This document shows, in pieces, positions 1-8,905 of a stretch of DNA of 64,000 bases. The stretch spans positions 128,001-192,000 of the forward strand of contig CBDCTJ010000001.1 of NCBI GenBank assembly GCA_965222115.1. The letters run 5' to 3'. The position numbers and the translations under genes were made by a program. The notes beneath the pieces were generated by a model. The model worked only from the letters and a program-made list of their open reading frames with translations. It was not told where the DNA came from and did not search any database. Within the stretch, counting starts at the first letter, position 1. The number at the start of each line of letters is the position of its first letter. Source of the DNA: Planctomycetota bacterium. GTDB lineage: Bacteria; Planctomycetota; PLA2; JAEUHO01.

Positions 1-507
1 GGTCGCCGTCACGCCGCGAAGTGCTTCGGGCACATAGAACCTGCCGCCAACCATTCGCAACGCATCCGAAATCGGTGCCTTATCCAGGGTAAGCGTGACG
101 TTGCCAATCGATGTGAAATCGTACTCGTCGGCGTCATCAACGACTTCGACGGTCGGATGTCCCGCAACCCGTAACTTCAATGACCGAATGGTTCGCCGCA
201 CCTCGGCATCTTCATGCTTCACGGCCGCATCAAGGAGTCCCGCGCGCTCTAACTTGGACGCATTCGTACGCAACTTCGTGCGCGCAGCCTCTCGGGTCTC
301 AAAGTCTTCTGACGTTAGATCGCGAATCCACTGCTGGAACTGAGACTTCAGGGCATCGTCTACCGAAGCACTTTCCTTCGCATGAAGCGACGACGTACAG
401 AACATAGTGGTGCCAAGGAGAAGGCACAACCATACGATCCATGACCACGCAGAACGGGGGCGACGCAACGATGCGTGACCCTCAAACCGCGAAACAAGAT
501 GCCGCAT
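1..507 (-). CDS. Exported hypothetical protein with HEAT-like helix pair (3'-truncated by window edge)
   Basis: Manually translated; absent from the ORF track because it has no stop. ATG at 507 just after the fusA stop, open to base 1: MRHLVSRF...WSWIVWLCLLLGTTMFC (signal/TM)...WIRDLTSEDFETREAARTKL...HEDAEVRR (HEAT-like). Confidence 0.7.
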   Translation of the reverse strand, partial: MRHLVSRFEGHASLRRPRSAWSWIVWLCLLLGTTMFCTSSLHAKESASVDDALKSQFQQWIRDLTSEDFETREAARTKLRTNASKLERAGLLDAAVKHEDAEVRRTIRSLKLRVAGHPTVEVVDDADEYDFTSIGNVTLTLDKAPISDALRMVGGRFYVPEALRGVTAT

Positions 508-510
508 GGA

Positions 511-2541
511 CTACGTCGCGACGCTTTCTTTCTTCCCGGCCGCGATAATCCCCTTGGCAACATGGGCGGGTACGACGTCGTAGTGATCCAGCGAGAATGT
601 GTAGTCGCCCTCACCCGCCGTAATCGAACGCAACTCGGTGCTGTACTGCATGATTTCGGCAAGTGGCACCATGGCCTCGATCGTCGCAATGTCTCCTTCT
701 TGCGACATGCTCGCGATGCGTCCGCGGCGGCTATTGAGATCGCCGGAAATGTCGCCCATGTAGCGCGCCGGAACCTCAATGGCCACTTTCATGATGGGTT
801 CAAGCAACGCTGGCTTGGCGCCGGAGACCGCCTCACGAAATGCTGCGCCCCCCGCGAGCTTGAACGAAAACTCGTCGCTGTCCACATCATGGAACTTGCC
901 AAAGAACACGGTGGCTTGCACATCAATAAACGGATAGCCCGCAATCACGCCTTTGGCACATGTCTCGACAATGCCCTTCTCGACGGCTGGGATGTACTGG
1001 CGCGGAATCGCGCCGCCCACGACCTCATCCACAAACTTGAATTTCTCGCCGCGCGGCAAAGGTTCGACTCGCAAATGGACCTCGGCAAACTGTCCACGTC
1101 CACCCGATTGCTTTTTGTGTCGGTAGCTCGCTTCGTTCTTTCCGGTAACCGTTTCGAAATAGGGCACCCGCGGTACGCGCGTGTTGGCTTCAACTTTTTT
1201 GCGCGCCAAGCGCTTGAGCATAATGTCGAGATGCAGCGTGCTAAGGCCGCGAATCACAAACTCGCCGGTGGCCTCTTCGCGCTCGGCAATGAACGTCATG
1301 TCAGCGTCGGCAAGCTTCTGCAGCTCAGGTGCAATCTTGGTCTCATCGGCGCGGTTCTTGGGTTCGACCGCCAACGTAACCTTGGGATAGGGCGTAAGCA
1401 TGGGTCCGAAGGTCCACGACGCATTGCCGTCATGAACGGTGTCACCGATCTGAATGTCGTCCACTTTGGCAACCGCCACCAAGTCGCCGTAGCCCGCAGA
1501 GGAAACCGCGGTCATGTCCTTGCCGTGCACGTTCAAAAGGTCGCCAATGCGCTCCGTTTTGCCGGTGCGTGTCACCACAAATTGCGACTTGGACGCAAGG
1601 GAACCACTCCAAACGCGCAAATACGCGACTTTCCCCACGTGTGGATCCACGTGAATCTTCCAGACTTGCGCCGAAAATGGGCCGTCGGCCTTCACCTCGA
1701 CGTCGTTGTCGCCATCGGTGGCCTTGCGAATCACGGTACCCGTGCGCTTCAGCGGCGGTGGGCAGTCGGCGACGATGAAATCCAGCAACTTCTTTTGTCC
1801 CACGTCCTTGTCGGAAGAGACGTGGAGGATCGGCACGATATTGCCTTGACGAAGCGCGCGCGGAAATACGTCGGCGAGTTCTTTCTTATCCACTTCGCCC
1901 GATTCGAAATAGCGCTCAAGCAACTCGTCGTCACACTCGACAACCCGGTCGGTTGTTTGCTGGGCAAAGTCGGCGGCCTGCGCCTTTAGATTGTCGGGCT
2001 GATCTTCGGCGAATACGTCATGAACGGATGAAGCGCTGCCGCCAAAAGCGTTGGGCAGGTTGAGAGGAACGGCGCGTTCACCCAACGCCTCTTGAATGCC
2101 TGCATACAACGTATCGGGGTCAATGTTCTCCCCCTCCACGCGATTGATGACGATGAAACACGCTAGCCCTTGGTCACGCGCCGCACGAAACAGACGGCGC
2201 GTCGCCACCGCTACACCATCATGAGCATTTACTACGAGCAGCGCGGTCTCGGCAGCGGCCATGGCACTAATCGCTTCACCGGCAAAGTCGAGCGCCCCGG
2301 GCGTGTCGATGAATCGTAGGTTGTGGCCGTTCCACTCAAGGTTGACGGGCGTGGCGAGCAAACTCTGCTCGCGCTCCTTCTCGTCGTCGTCCCAGTCGGT
2401 AACGGTGTTCTTTTCCTGGATCGTTCCCCGTCGCGTGGTGACCTTGGCTTTGTGGAGCAGCGCTTCGACCAATGTTGTCTTTCCCGCACCGCCCGCTCCG
2501 ATGACAACGACGTTACGTATTTGTTCGGGGTGATGAGCCAT
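511..2541 (-). CDS. fusA: Elongation factor G paralogue (EF-G2-like)
   Basis: IRNVVVIG, GAGGAGKTT P-loop, DTPG, HKKQSGGRGQF, HDVDSDEFSF, LLEPIMKV, GDLNSRRGRI, YSTELRSIT; 676 aa. Confidence 0.93.
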   Translation of the reverse strand: MAHHPEQIRNVVVIGAGGAGKTTLVEALLHKAKVTTRRGTIQEKNTVTDWDDDEKEREQSLLATPVNLEWNGHNLRFIDTPGALDFAGEAISAMAAAETALLVVNAHDGVAVATRRLFRAARDQGLACFIVINRVEGENIDPDTLYAGIQEALGERAVPLNLPNAFGGSASSVHDVFAEDQPDNLKAQAADFAQQTTDRVVECDDELLERYFESGEVDKKELADVFPRALRQGNIVPILHVSSDKDVGQKKLLDFIVADCPPPLKRTGTVIRKATDGDNDVEVKADGPFSAQVWKIHVDPHVGKVAYLRVWSGSLASKSQFVVTRTGKTERIGDLLNVHGKDMTAVSSAGYGDLVAVAKVDDIQIGDTVHDGNASWTFGPMLTPYPKVTLAVEPKNRADETKIAPELQKLADADMTFIAEREEATGEFVIRGLSTLHLDIMLKRLARKKVEANTRVPRVPYFETVTGKNEASYRHKKQSGGRGQFAEVHLRVEPLPRGEKFKFVDEVVGGAIPRQYIPAVEKGIVETCAKGVIAGYPFIDVQATVFFGKFHDVDSDEFSFKLAGGAAFREAVSGAKPALLEPIMKVAIEVPARYMGDISGDLNSRRGRIASMSQEGDIATIEAMVPLAEIMQYSTELRSITAGEGDYTFSLDHYDVVPAHVAKGIIAAGKKESVAT

Positions 2542-2728
2542 GTGTGTCTCCCGGGCCGCGATTGGGTAGGACTTGGATACCCCACGGGGGGGTAGCGGTC
2601 AATCCAAGCACGCTCGCTTTGTGACCTAGCGGTCAGAACATGAATCCTGTGCGCCGCCAATTCCGTCTCTACACTCACATGGCGAGGCAAGGCGCCCCGC
2701 TTGTTCATCCACAGGCCCTGAGACGTTC

Positions 2729-4804
2729 ATGAGCCCCTCGCCGCGTCCAACTGCTGCCACGTCCCCGCCAGCGCCAAACGGGCGCAAGAAGAACAAGGAC
2801 AAGATTGGCGCCGATCGCTATGTCCGCAATATGCGGGACGTACTGAAGTTTGCGCGCCCCCATTGGAAACCCATTGCGCTCGCCTTCCTGCTGATGGCCG
2901 TGCAGTCCTTTGCCAGCATGGCGCGGCTGGTCATGGTGGTGCCCATTGCCACACGCGTGCTGGGCGTGGACCCCTCAGCCAACGAGTCGCCCGCTACCGC
3001 GCCGACAGACGAAGCCGACCAGGATGCCGTGAGCACCGTTCGTCTCATGCAGAAAAAGGGCGGCCGCTTTACTCGCATCCTGGATGACATCGTCGATGCG
3101 GTCAACGCCCATACGGCGCCAATGATCCCCGACCACTGGACCGATCCGCCCGACGCCATGAAGGACGACTCGCAAGCGTCGCGGGACGCCTATCGAGCCG
3201 GTGCAAAGGATCGCTACGCCACGCTCTTTACCGTGCTCCTTGTGTTCTTGCTACTCACCGCGCTCATGTGTGTGGCCACGTTTGGTCAATCGTATCTCGC
3301 CATGAAGGCGCAACTTCACATACTGATGGATGTTCGCGAGTCGCTCGTACGGAAACTGCTGCGGCAGCCCACGTCGTTTTTCGACTCGCGCAATACGGGC
3401 GATTTGGCGCAGCGCGCCCTCGGCGATGTCGAAGGCTATCGCGGCGGGCTCATGTTGATGTTGCATGCACTCCCCAAGTGCTTCTTTGACCTGGCCAGTG
3501 CACTGTTCATTCTTGCGGCCCTGTCGTGGAAACTTCTGCTGGTTTGCTTCATCGCAATTCCGCTACTCATCCCGATGCGCAACCTGAGCCGCAAGACGCT
3601 CAAACGCGCCCACCGCCGTCAACAAGTCACCTCAAATCTCTATCGCGCGATGCTGCAGCTTTTCGCCGGTGTTCGGACCGTAAAGGCCTATGCCACGGAG
3701 GAAAAGCACGCGCGCGAGTTTCGCGCCACCGATGAAGTGGTCACGCAGAAGGCACTCAAGCTTCAACGCACCAAGAGCACCGCCAATGCGCTGATTGGAT
3801 TTATCAACAACGCGCTGGCCATGGCGCTCACGGTGGGCGGGGGCTGGCTCATCATGCGTGGCCACCTCGATGTTTCGCCTGTCGAACTCCTTGTATTCCT
3901 CATGTTGATGGCCAATCTCTACCAGCCGCTCAAACGTCTGGTGCGTCACAACAACGGCCTGTTGGAGTCGATGGCCAGCATCGAGCGGACGACTGAATAC
4001 TTGAATCTTCCCGATGGCATGGCGGATCGCCCGGGAGCCCAGACCTTTGGCGGTGTTCAGGATCACATTCGTTTTCGCGATGTGCACTTTGCCTATGCCG
4101 GACACGACGGCGTCTTGCACGACATCAATTTCGAGATTCCGCGGGGGCAAACCGTTGCGCTCGTGGGTGCTTCGGGTTCTGGCAAGTCCACCATTTGCGA
4201 TCTTTTGGCGCGCTACTACGAACCCACGCAAGGCGCCATTGAGATTGATGGCGTAGACGTTCGAGATCTCACACGCAAGAGCTTCCTCGATCGTCTCGCG
4301 ATTGTTACGCAGGACGCGTTTCTCTTTGACGCGTCGGTCGCAAGCAACATTCGCGAGGGACGCGACGAAGCAGGTCGAACCGAGATCGAGGCTGCGGCAA
4401 AGGCTGCGAGCATTCACGACCAGATCACGTCCTTTGAGCGTGGCTACAACGAAGAGGTGGGCGAGGACGGCGGGCGATTGTCAGGCGGTCAGCGACAGCG
4501 CGTGACCATCGCCCGCGCCTTGGTTCGCGATCCGCAGATTCTTGTGCTCGACGAAGCCACGTCCAATCTCGACACCGAAAGCGAACGCGCCGTGCAACTG
4601 GCGCTCGACGAATTGCGTGCGGGCCGTACTACGCTTGTTGTTGCCCACCGTCTAAGCACCGTTCGAAGCGCCGATATGATTCTCGTGCTCGACGAAGGAC
4701 ATATTGTGGAACGCGGCACGCACGAGGAACTCATCGCCAAGGGTGGCCGCTACGCCTCGCTCGTTCATCTGCAAGACATCTCAAGTAGTTCGGCGACGAG
4801 CTGA
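2729..4804 (+). CDS. ABC exporter, fused TMD+NBD (MsbA-like lipid A flippase family)
   Basis: TM helices, then [34 protein letters not shown]; adjacent to LPS genes. Confidence 0.88.
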   Translation: MSPSPRPTAATSPPAPNGRKKNKDKIGADRYVRNMRDVLKFARPHWKPIALAFLLMAVQSFASMARLVMVVPIATRVLGVDPSANESPATAPTDEADQDAVSTVRLMQKKGGRFTRILDDIVDAVNAHTAPMIPDHWTDPPDAMKDDSQASRDAYRAGAKDRYATLFTVLLVFLLLTALMCVATFGQSYLAMKAQLHILMDVRESLVRKLLRQPTSFFDSRNTGDLAQRALGDVEGYRGGLMLMLHALPKCFFDLASALFILAALSWKLLLVCFIAIPLLIPMRNLSRKTLKRAHRRQQVTSNLYRAMLQLFAGVRTVKAYATEEKHAREFRATDEVVTQKALKLQRTKSTANALIGFINNALAMALTVGGGWLIMRGHLDVSPVELLVFLMLMANLYQPLKRLVRHNNGLLESMASIERTTEYLNLPDGMADRPGAQTFGGVQDHIRFRDVHFAYAGHDGVLHDINFEIPRGQTVALVGASGSGKSTICDLLARYYEPTQGAIEIDGVDVRDLTRKSFLDRLAIVTQDAFLFDASVASNIREGRDEAGRTEIEAAAKAASIHDQITSFERGYNEEVGEDGGRLSGGQRQRVTIARALVRDPQILVLDEATSNLDTESERAVQLALDELRAGRTTLVVAHRLSTVRSADMILVLDEGHIVERGTHEELIAKGGRYASLVHLQDISSSSATS

Positions 4805-4821
4805 CCGCAATCTAGCCCGGG

Positions 4822-5631
4822 TTAGTCTGGGTCTTGGACGAGTCCACGCACGCAGCGCGCAGGCTTCTTTCGCCGGTAGTATTCACGATTGACGGTGCGA
4901 TTGGCGCTCTTACGACGCCATAGGGGATGGAGATGAAACACGATAGACGATAGAAACATCAACTTCACGCGGGGCCGAGGTCGCATGGCCATGGCGCGTG
5001 TTCGCAGATCACTGTCTTCGTACCCCCACCCCTCATAGGCTTCGTCGAAGCCGTTTACCGCCTCCAGTAGCGAGCGATCGAACGCCATATTGGCGCCCAA
5101 CACTTTGGGTCGGTTGGGGCGCCGCAACGCCATACCCACCCGACTCTTGCGCAGCTTCTCATTGAGGTCCTTGCGTGCATCGTCGGAGACCCAGGTCTCA
5201 AACAAACCCGCATCCACAGCCGCGGCGTCCAGACGACGCGTTTCGTCCTTTGTGAGCCATGCTACGCCGCCCACATGAAAGCTACGCGCTTCGTGTTGTT
5301 CTAGGTGCTCTGCAACGAAAGTGGCGCGGGGCAAACAGTCGGCGTCGGAAAACACCAAGAGTTGTTCATCGCCCGCCCGACGGAGGGCTTCATTGAGGAT
5401 GCGCGCTTTCCGAAACCCTTGATCGGCTTGCCAGACATAAGAAAGCTCAATACCACGCTGCTCGGCATCGGGCATCGCAGCTTCAACAATCTCACGCGTC
5501 CCGTCGCTGCTCCCGTCGTCGGCCACACACAGCGAAAAATCGGTCGACGTTTGACGAAAGTAGGCGCGCAGCACGAGCTGCAAAAAGGGCCCCTGGTTGT
5601 AGGTGGCGAGCACAACGCGTGCGCGGGGCAT
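4822..5631 (-). CDS. Glycosyltransferase family 2
   Basis: VVLATYNQ, ADDGSSDG, FSDADC, GFDEAYEGWGYEDSD; start set to ATG 5631. Confidence 0.88.
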   Translation of the reverse strand: MPRARVVLATYNQGPFLQLVLRAYFRQTSTDFSLCVADDGSSDGTREIVEAAMPDAEQRGIELSYVWQADQGFRKARILNEALRRAGDEQLLVFSDADCLPRATFVAEHLEQHEARSFHVGGVAWLTKDETRRLDAAAVDAGLFETWVSDDARKDLNEKLRKSRVGMALRRPNRPKVLGANMAFDRSLLEAVNGFDEAYEGWGYEDSDLRTRAMAMRPRPRVKLMFLSSIVFHLHPLWRRKSANRTVNREYYRRKKPARCVRGLVQDPD

Positions 5632-5747
5632 GAGCACACTCCTAACCCGGACTTTTCTGAACGGCCGCAAACCGCATACGCACGAAATCGTATTGGTGCG
5701 CCCATGCTACCCTTGCGCGAACGCGGTACTGGAATTACGTCTTGAGC

Positions 5748-6509
5748 ATGGATTTCGAAGTTCTGGGTTCATCAGGTCGTCCGGTTCGCGGTACATGGCA
5801 CGGTCACAAAGACGCCCCCTCGGTGTTGGTGCTGCACGGATTCAAAGGCTTTCGTTCGTGGGGGTTTTTTCCGTGGCTTTGCGACGAATTCGCAAGCGCT
5901 GGATGGCGCGCGTTACGGATCGACTTTTCGCATAACGGAGTCGAAGAGAGAGACTTTGATCGGCTCGACCTGTTCATGCTCGATACCCCCACCCGCCATC
6001 AGGAAGACCTACGCGCCGTTGCCAAGTCGATCGAGGGGCCATTCGCAATCCTGGGCCACAGCCGCGGTGGCGGCGACGCGATCCTGTTCGCGGCATCCGA
6101 GCCGCGCGTGACGCGTGTTGTTACGTTGGCATCGGTGGCGACAACTGCATGGCGACCGCCCGACGTGGAAGAGAATCTGCGTACCCTTGGGTACTACCCC
6201 GTCCCGAACGCACGCACCAAACAAACCATGCCCGTCGCGCGACACGCCATCGAAGACGGTAGTCGTCATTCCATTGAAGACGCCGCGAGACAGATGCACG
6301 CGCCACTGCTCCTCATTCACGGCACCGAGGACGAATCGGTGCCCCCATCGGCGTCAGAACAAGTCGCAACCTGGCATCGCAATGCCAATCTCAAGTTGAT
6401 TGAGGGTGCGGGACACACGTTTGGAGCCGTGCATCCCTGGCGAGGTCCTACACACTGGCTCGAGGAGGCCTCGCGGTTGACCACGAGGTTTCTTCTCGAT
6501 GCGATGTGA
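5748..6509 (+). CDS. Alpha/beta hydrolase
   Basis: LHGFKG, GHSRGG nucleophile elbow, IHGTEDESV (Asp), GAGHTF (His). Confidence 0.88.
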   Translation: MDFEVLGSSGRPVRGTWHGHKDAPSVLVLHGFKGFRSWGFFPWLCDEFASAGWRALRIDFSHNGVEERDFDRLDLFMLDTPTRHQEDLRAVAKSIEGPFAILGHSRGGGDAILFAASEPRVTRVVTLASVATTAWRPPDVEENLRTLGYYPVPNARTKQTMPVARHAIEDGSRHSIEDAARQMHAPLLLIHGTEDESVPPSASEQVATWHRNANLKLIEGAGHTFGAVHPWRGPTHWLEEASRLTTRFLLDAM

Positions 6510-6553
6510 ATCGCTGAGTAAACGGACGGACACCATGCGCATGGTCGCACACG

Positions 6554-7549
6554 CTAAAAGCGGCAAACGAAGTATCGAGCCCAGTTCTTGCCGGGAAATT
6601 CGCGTTCGCCTGCCCATGCGGTTTCCGTGCCGCCGCCACGCGGTGGGCAATCGGGGATCGGAACTTTGATGACGGTTGTTTGCAATTCTTGAAGCGGGTA
6701 AAGAATGACGGCCACATACTCACCGGGACCTGGCACGTATCCATCACCGTTGGCTATGGCGTCGTCAATGATGGCCTGGGCCAATCCTAGGTCCGGCAGA
6801 ATGCCACCGCCCAAGGTCCAATCGCCATCGTCAATCACGCCCCATAGCGCCGCCTGAATCTCATCTCGACCCGCACCCCACGAACTGTAGTCCTGATTGA
6901 GAATGTAGTTGAGCACATCGAGATTCTCGGGACGATCAACCGCGCCCAGAGCCTCTGGCGAATAGCTACCGACCATCGTCACGTCCTCGGTGCATCCGCC
7001 GAGCCCGCGCTCCATATCAATGCACCAGCCTTCATAGGTTCCGTTGTAGGCACCGGCGTCCGACAGGGTGATGTCGGTAAATGAGTTCTGGCCGGGGAAT
7101 TCAAAGCACGCTTGCACTACGCCGGCAGGGAGAATCAAGTCGGCGATGCAATCCTGAGGGGCGCTGCCGTCATGCGAGACGACGGCGTGTGCAGCGATGA
7201 CAAGATCTCCCTTGGGAAACGCATCACATGGAAATCGAACAATGTGATACGCACCATCCACGACTTGCTTGTAGTGGAAACGACCGGGAATTGGTCCTCC
7301 GCGATTCTGTGGGATCGCCCTTAGCGTTCCTGCGACGGCAAGGTGGACTTCTTTCAACTCCCACCCCCCGACGGTTCGGTAGGTGGCAAACAGGTAGCCA
7401 CCGCCTTTCCACACGCTGACTGTGCCTACATTGGAATGTTGGCCGGCCCAGAGGGTTGCCGAGCATGCGTCGTTTGCTTGCGCCCTACCGAGAGGTAACG
7501 CACACATAAGTAGTAGGGCAAATCCAGTAGCTAAAAAACCACGAACCAT
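6554..7549 (-). CDS. Secreted protein with putative thioester (Cys-Gln, TQXA-like) domain
   Basis: ATG 7549 preceded by GGAG; signal peptide MVRGFLATGFALLLMCALPLGRAQA; GWCID, IQAALW and QTTVI motifs. The upstream ORF extension overlaps the next gene and was discarded. Confidence 0.7.
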   Translation of the reverse strand: MVRGFLATGFALLLMCALPLGRAQANDACSATLWAGQHSNVGTVSVWKGGGYLFATYRTVGGWELKEVHLAVAGTLRAIPQNRGGPIPGRFHYKQVVDGAYHIVRFPCDAFPKGDLVIAAHAVVSHDGSAPQDCIADLILPAGVVQACFEFPGQNSFTDITLSDAGAYNGTYEGWCIDMERGLGGCTEDVTMVGSYSPEALGAVDRPENLDVLNYILNQDYSSWGAGRDEIQAALWGVIDDGDWTLGGGILPDLGLAQAIIDDAIANGDGYVPGPGEYVAVILYPLQELQTTVIKVPIPDCPPRGGGTETAWAGEREFPGKNWARYFVCRF

Positions 7550-7603
7550 GGATTGGTCTCCAAAGTTGTTATCGTTGTTGCTGACAGTCGATCGGACGAA
7601 GAT

Positions 7604-7619
7604 TGCAATTGCCGTTCCT
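7604..7619 (-). promoter_or_regulatory. Candidate sigma-54 (-24/-12) promoter
   Basis: Minus strand AGGAACGGCAATTGCA = GG-N10-GC with TTGC, about 55 nt upstream of ATG 7549. Confidence 0.35.
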
Positions 7620-7766
7620 GTGTCCAAGTGCGCGAAGTAGGCAGCTAATGGACAGATTTCGCAACACCGATCCTCCCGACGTCCCAAATTGTGAACACGT
7701 GCAAGACGAAGACTATGCGACTGTGTGCACTCGATCCAATCGCACCGCAGGTAGGTGCGGCTGCGA

Positions 7767-8891
7767 TCAGCTTGGCATGTCAAGCGCGTGAAGAACGGCG
7801 GTCGCAAACGCTTCGGGAGAGAAGCGATCGGAAGCGCGAGCTTTGGCCGCCGCGCCCGCTGCGCGGCACCACGCCTGGTGTTGAATGCAATGACGCATCG
7901 CAGACGAGAGCCCTTCGAACGATTCATCGAACACCCAGCCGGCTTTCTGGTGATCAACAAGATCGGGCAGCATACCGCGACTCATAACGATGCCAGGAAC
8001 CCCAAGTGCCATACCCTCACGAATCGCTCGACAGGTTGGATCCGAGCCCGGCACGAGAAACAACTGTGCGTCGAAGTCGGCAATCGTTGCTGCGTAGTCT
8101 CCGCCGCGCTTGTAACCAGCGAACACAACGTGGCTATCGAGTCCACGTGACTTGACCGGCTCAAAGCCAACTTCGGCTTGGTAGGTACCGCGCCCGAGTA
8201 CAACGACGCGAAACTCGTGCCCCTCCGTTTTAAGCACCTCAACGGCGTCCCAAAGCAGCTCAAAGCGCCGGTGACGTTGCATACGAGCAACAATGCCAAA
8301 AATGAACTCGTCGGTCGATAGGCCAAGTGCCCGCCGCCCGGTTCCCTTGCGTCCTTTGGCCGCCTGCTGCAGCGAACGCATATCCAGGGGAATGGGCGCC
8401 ACGACGACGCGCCGCGCACCCGCATCTGTAGCGGCTCGTGCGGCACGATCCGAAAACGTCACAACGGCCGTGGCATGACGAAACGCGCGGCGAAGGGAAG
8501 CGCTGGGTGGCGTTTGACCATCGGCAAACCAGAGCGCCACGTGGCGCGTGCCCGGACGTCGGCGTACCGCCCGCGACGCAAGCCGATGATCGTTCTTGAG
8601 TGTGCTCACAACGACTTCGATTTGGTGGTTTGCTAGCGCACGAGTCAACGCCGACACATCGCGCAAGTCGCGCAGGGGCGATGAGTGTTTGTGCAAGGTC
8701 GCGCCCGTATCGATCCACGTGAGTCCTCGCGCGCGCGCTGCATGTTGTGCGGCGTCGCGCTCGCCTGCGGGCGTCTCGCCCGTAGCAACCACCACGTCAT
8801 GCCCGGCGTCACGCAGCGCGCGCGCGCCATCGAGCGCAGGCTCCACCGGCCCGGTTCGCTTCCAGTTGCTTATAGTGACGAGAATCTTCAC
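7767..8891 (-). CDS. Glycosyltransferase family 4
   Basis: MKILVT, GHDVVV, GIVARMQRHRR, REGMALGVPGI (EAMA-like), GT-B layout. Confidence 0.85.
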   Translation of the reverse strand: MKILVTISNWKRTGPVEPALDGARALRDAGHDVVVATGETPAGERDAAQHAARARGLTWIDTGATLHKHSSPLRDLRDVSALTRALANHQIEVVVSTLKNDHRLASRAVRRRPGTRHVALWFADGQTPPSASLRRAFRHATAVVTFSDRAARAATDAGARRVVVAPIPLDMRSLQQAAKGRKGTGRRALGLSTDEFIFGIVARMQRHRRFELLWDAVEVLKTEGHEFRVVVLGRGTYQAEVGFEPVKSRGLDSHVVFAGYKRGGDYAATIADFDAQLFLVPGSDPTCRAIREGMALGVPGIVMSRGMLPDLVDHQKAGWVFDESFEGLSSAMRHCIQHQAWCRAAGAAAKARASDRFSPEAFATAVLHALDMPS

Positions 8892-8905
8892 GTGGACGTC
8901 TCACG

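Noticed and set aside
475-1989. 504-aa plus-strand ORF
   Set aside because: Antisense shadow of fusA with no motifs; expected from high-GC codon bias.
2570-2610. Small nested hairpin (CTTGGAT...ATCCAAG) upstream of the fusA paralogue
   Set aside because: Short stems are expected by chance; no recognisable riboswitch or leader consensus.
7550-7960. N-terminal extension of the 468-aa ORF
   Set aside because: Overlaps the GT4 gene; the RBS and signal peptide point to ATG 7549.
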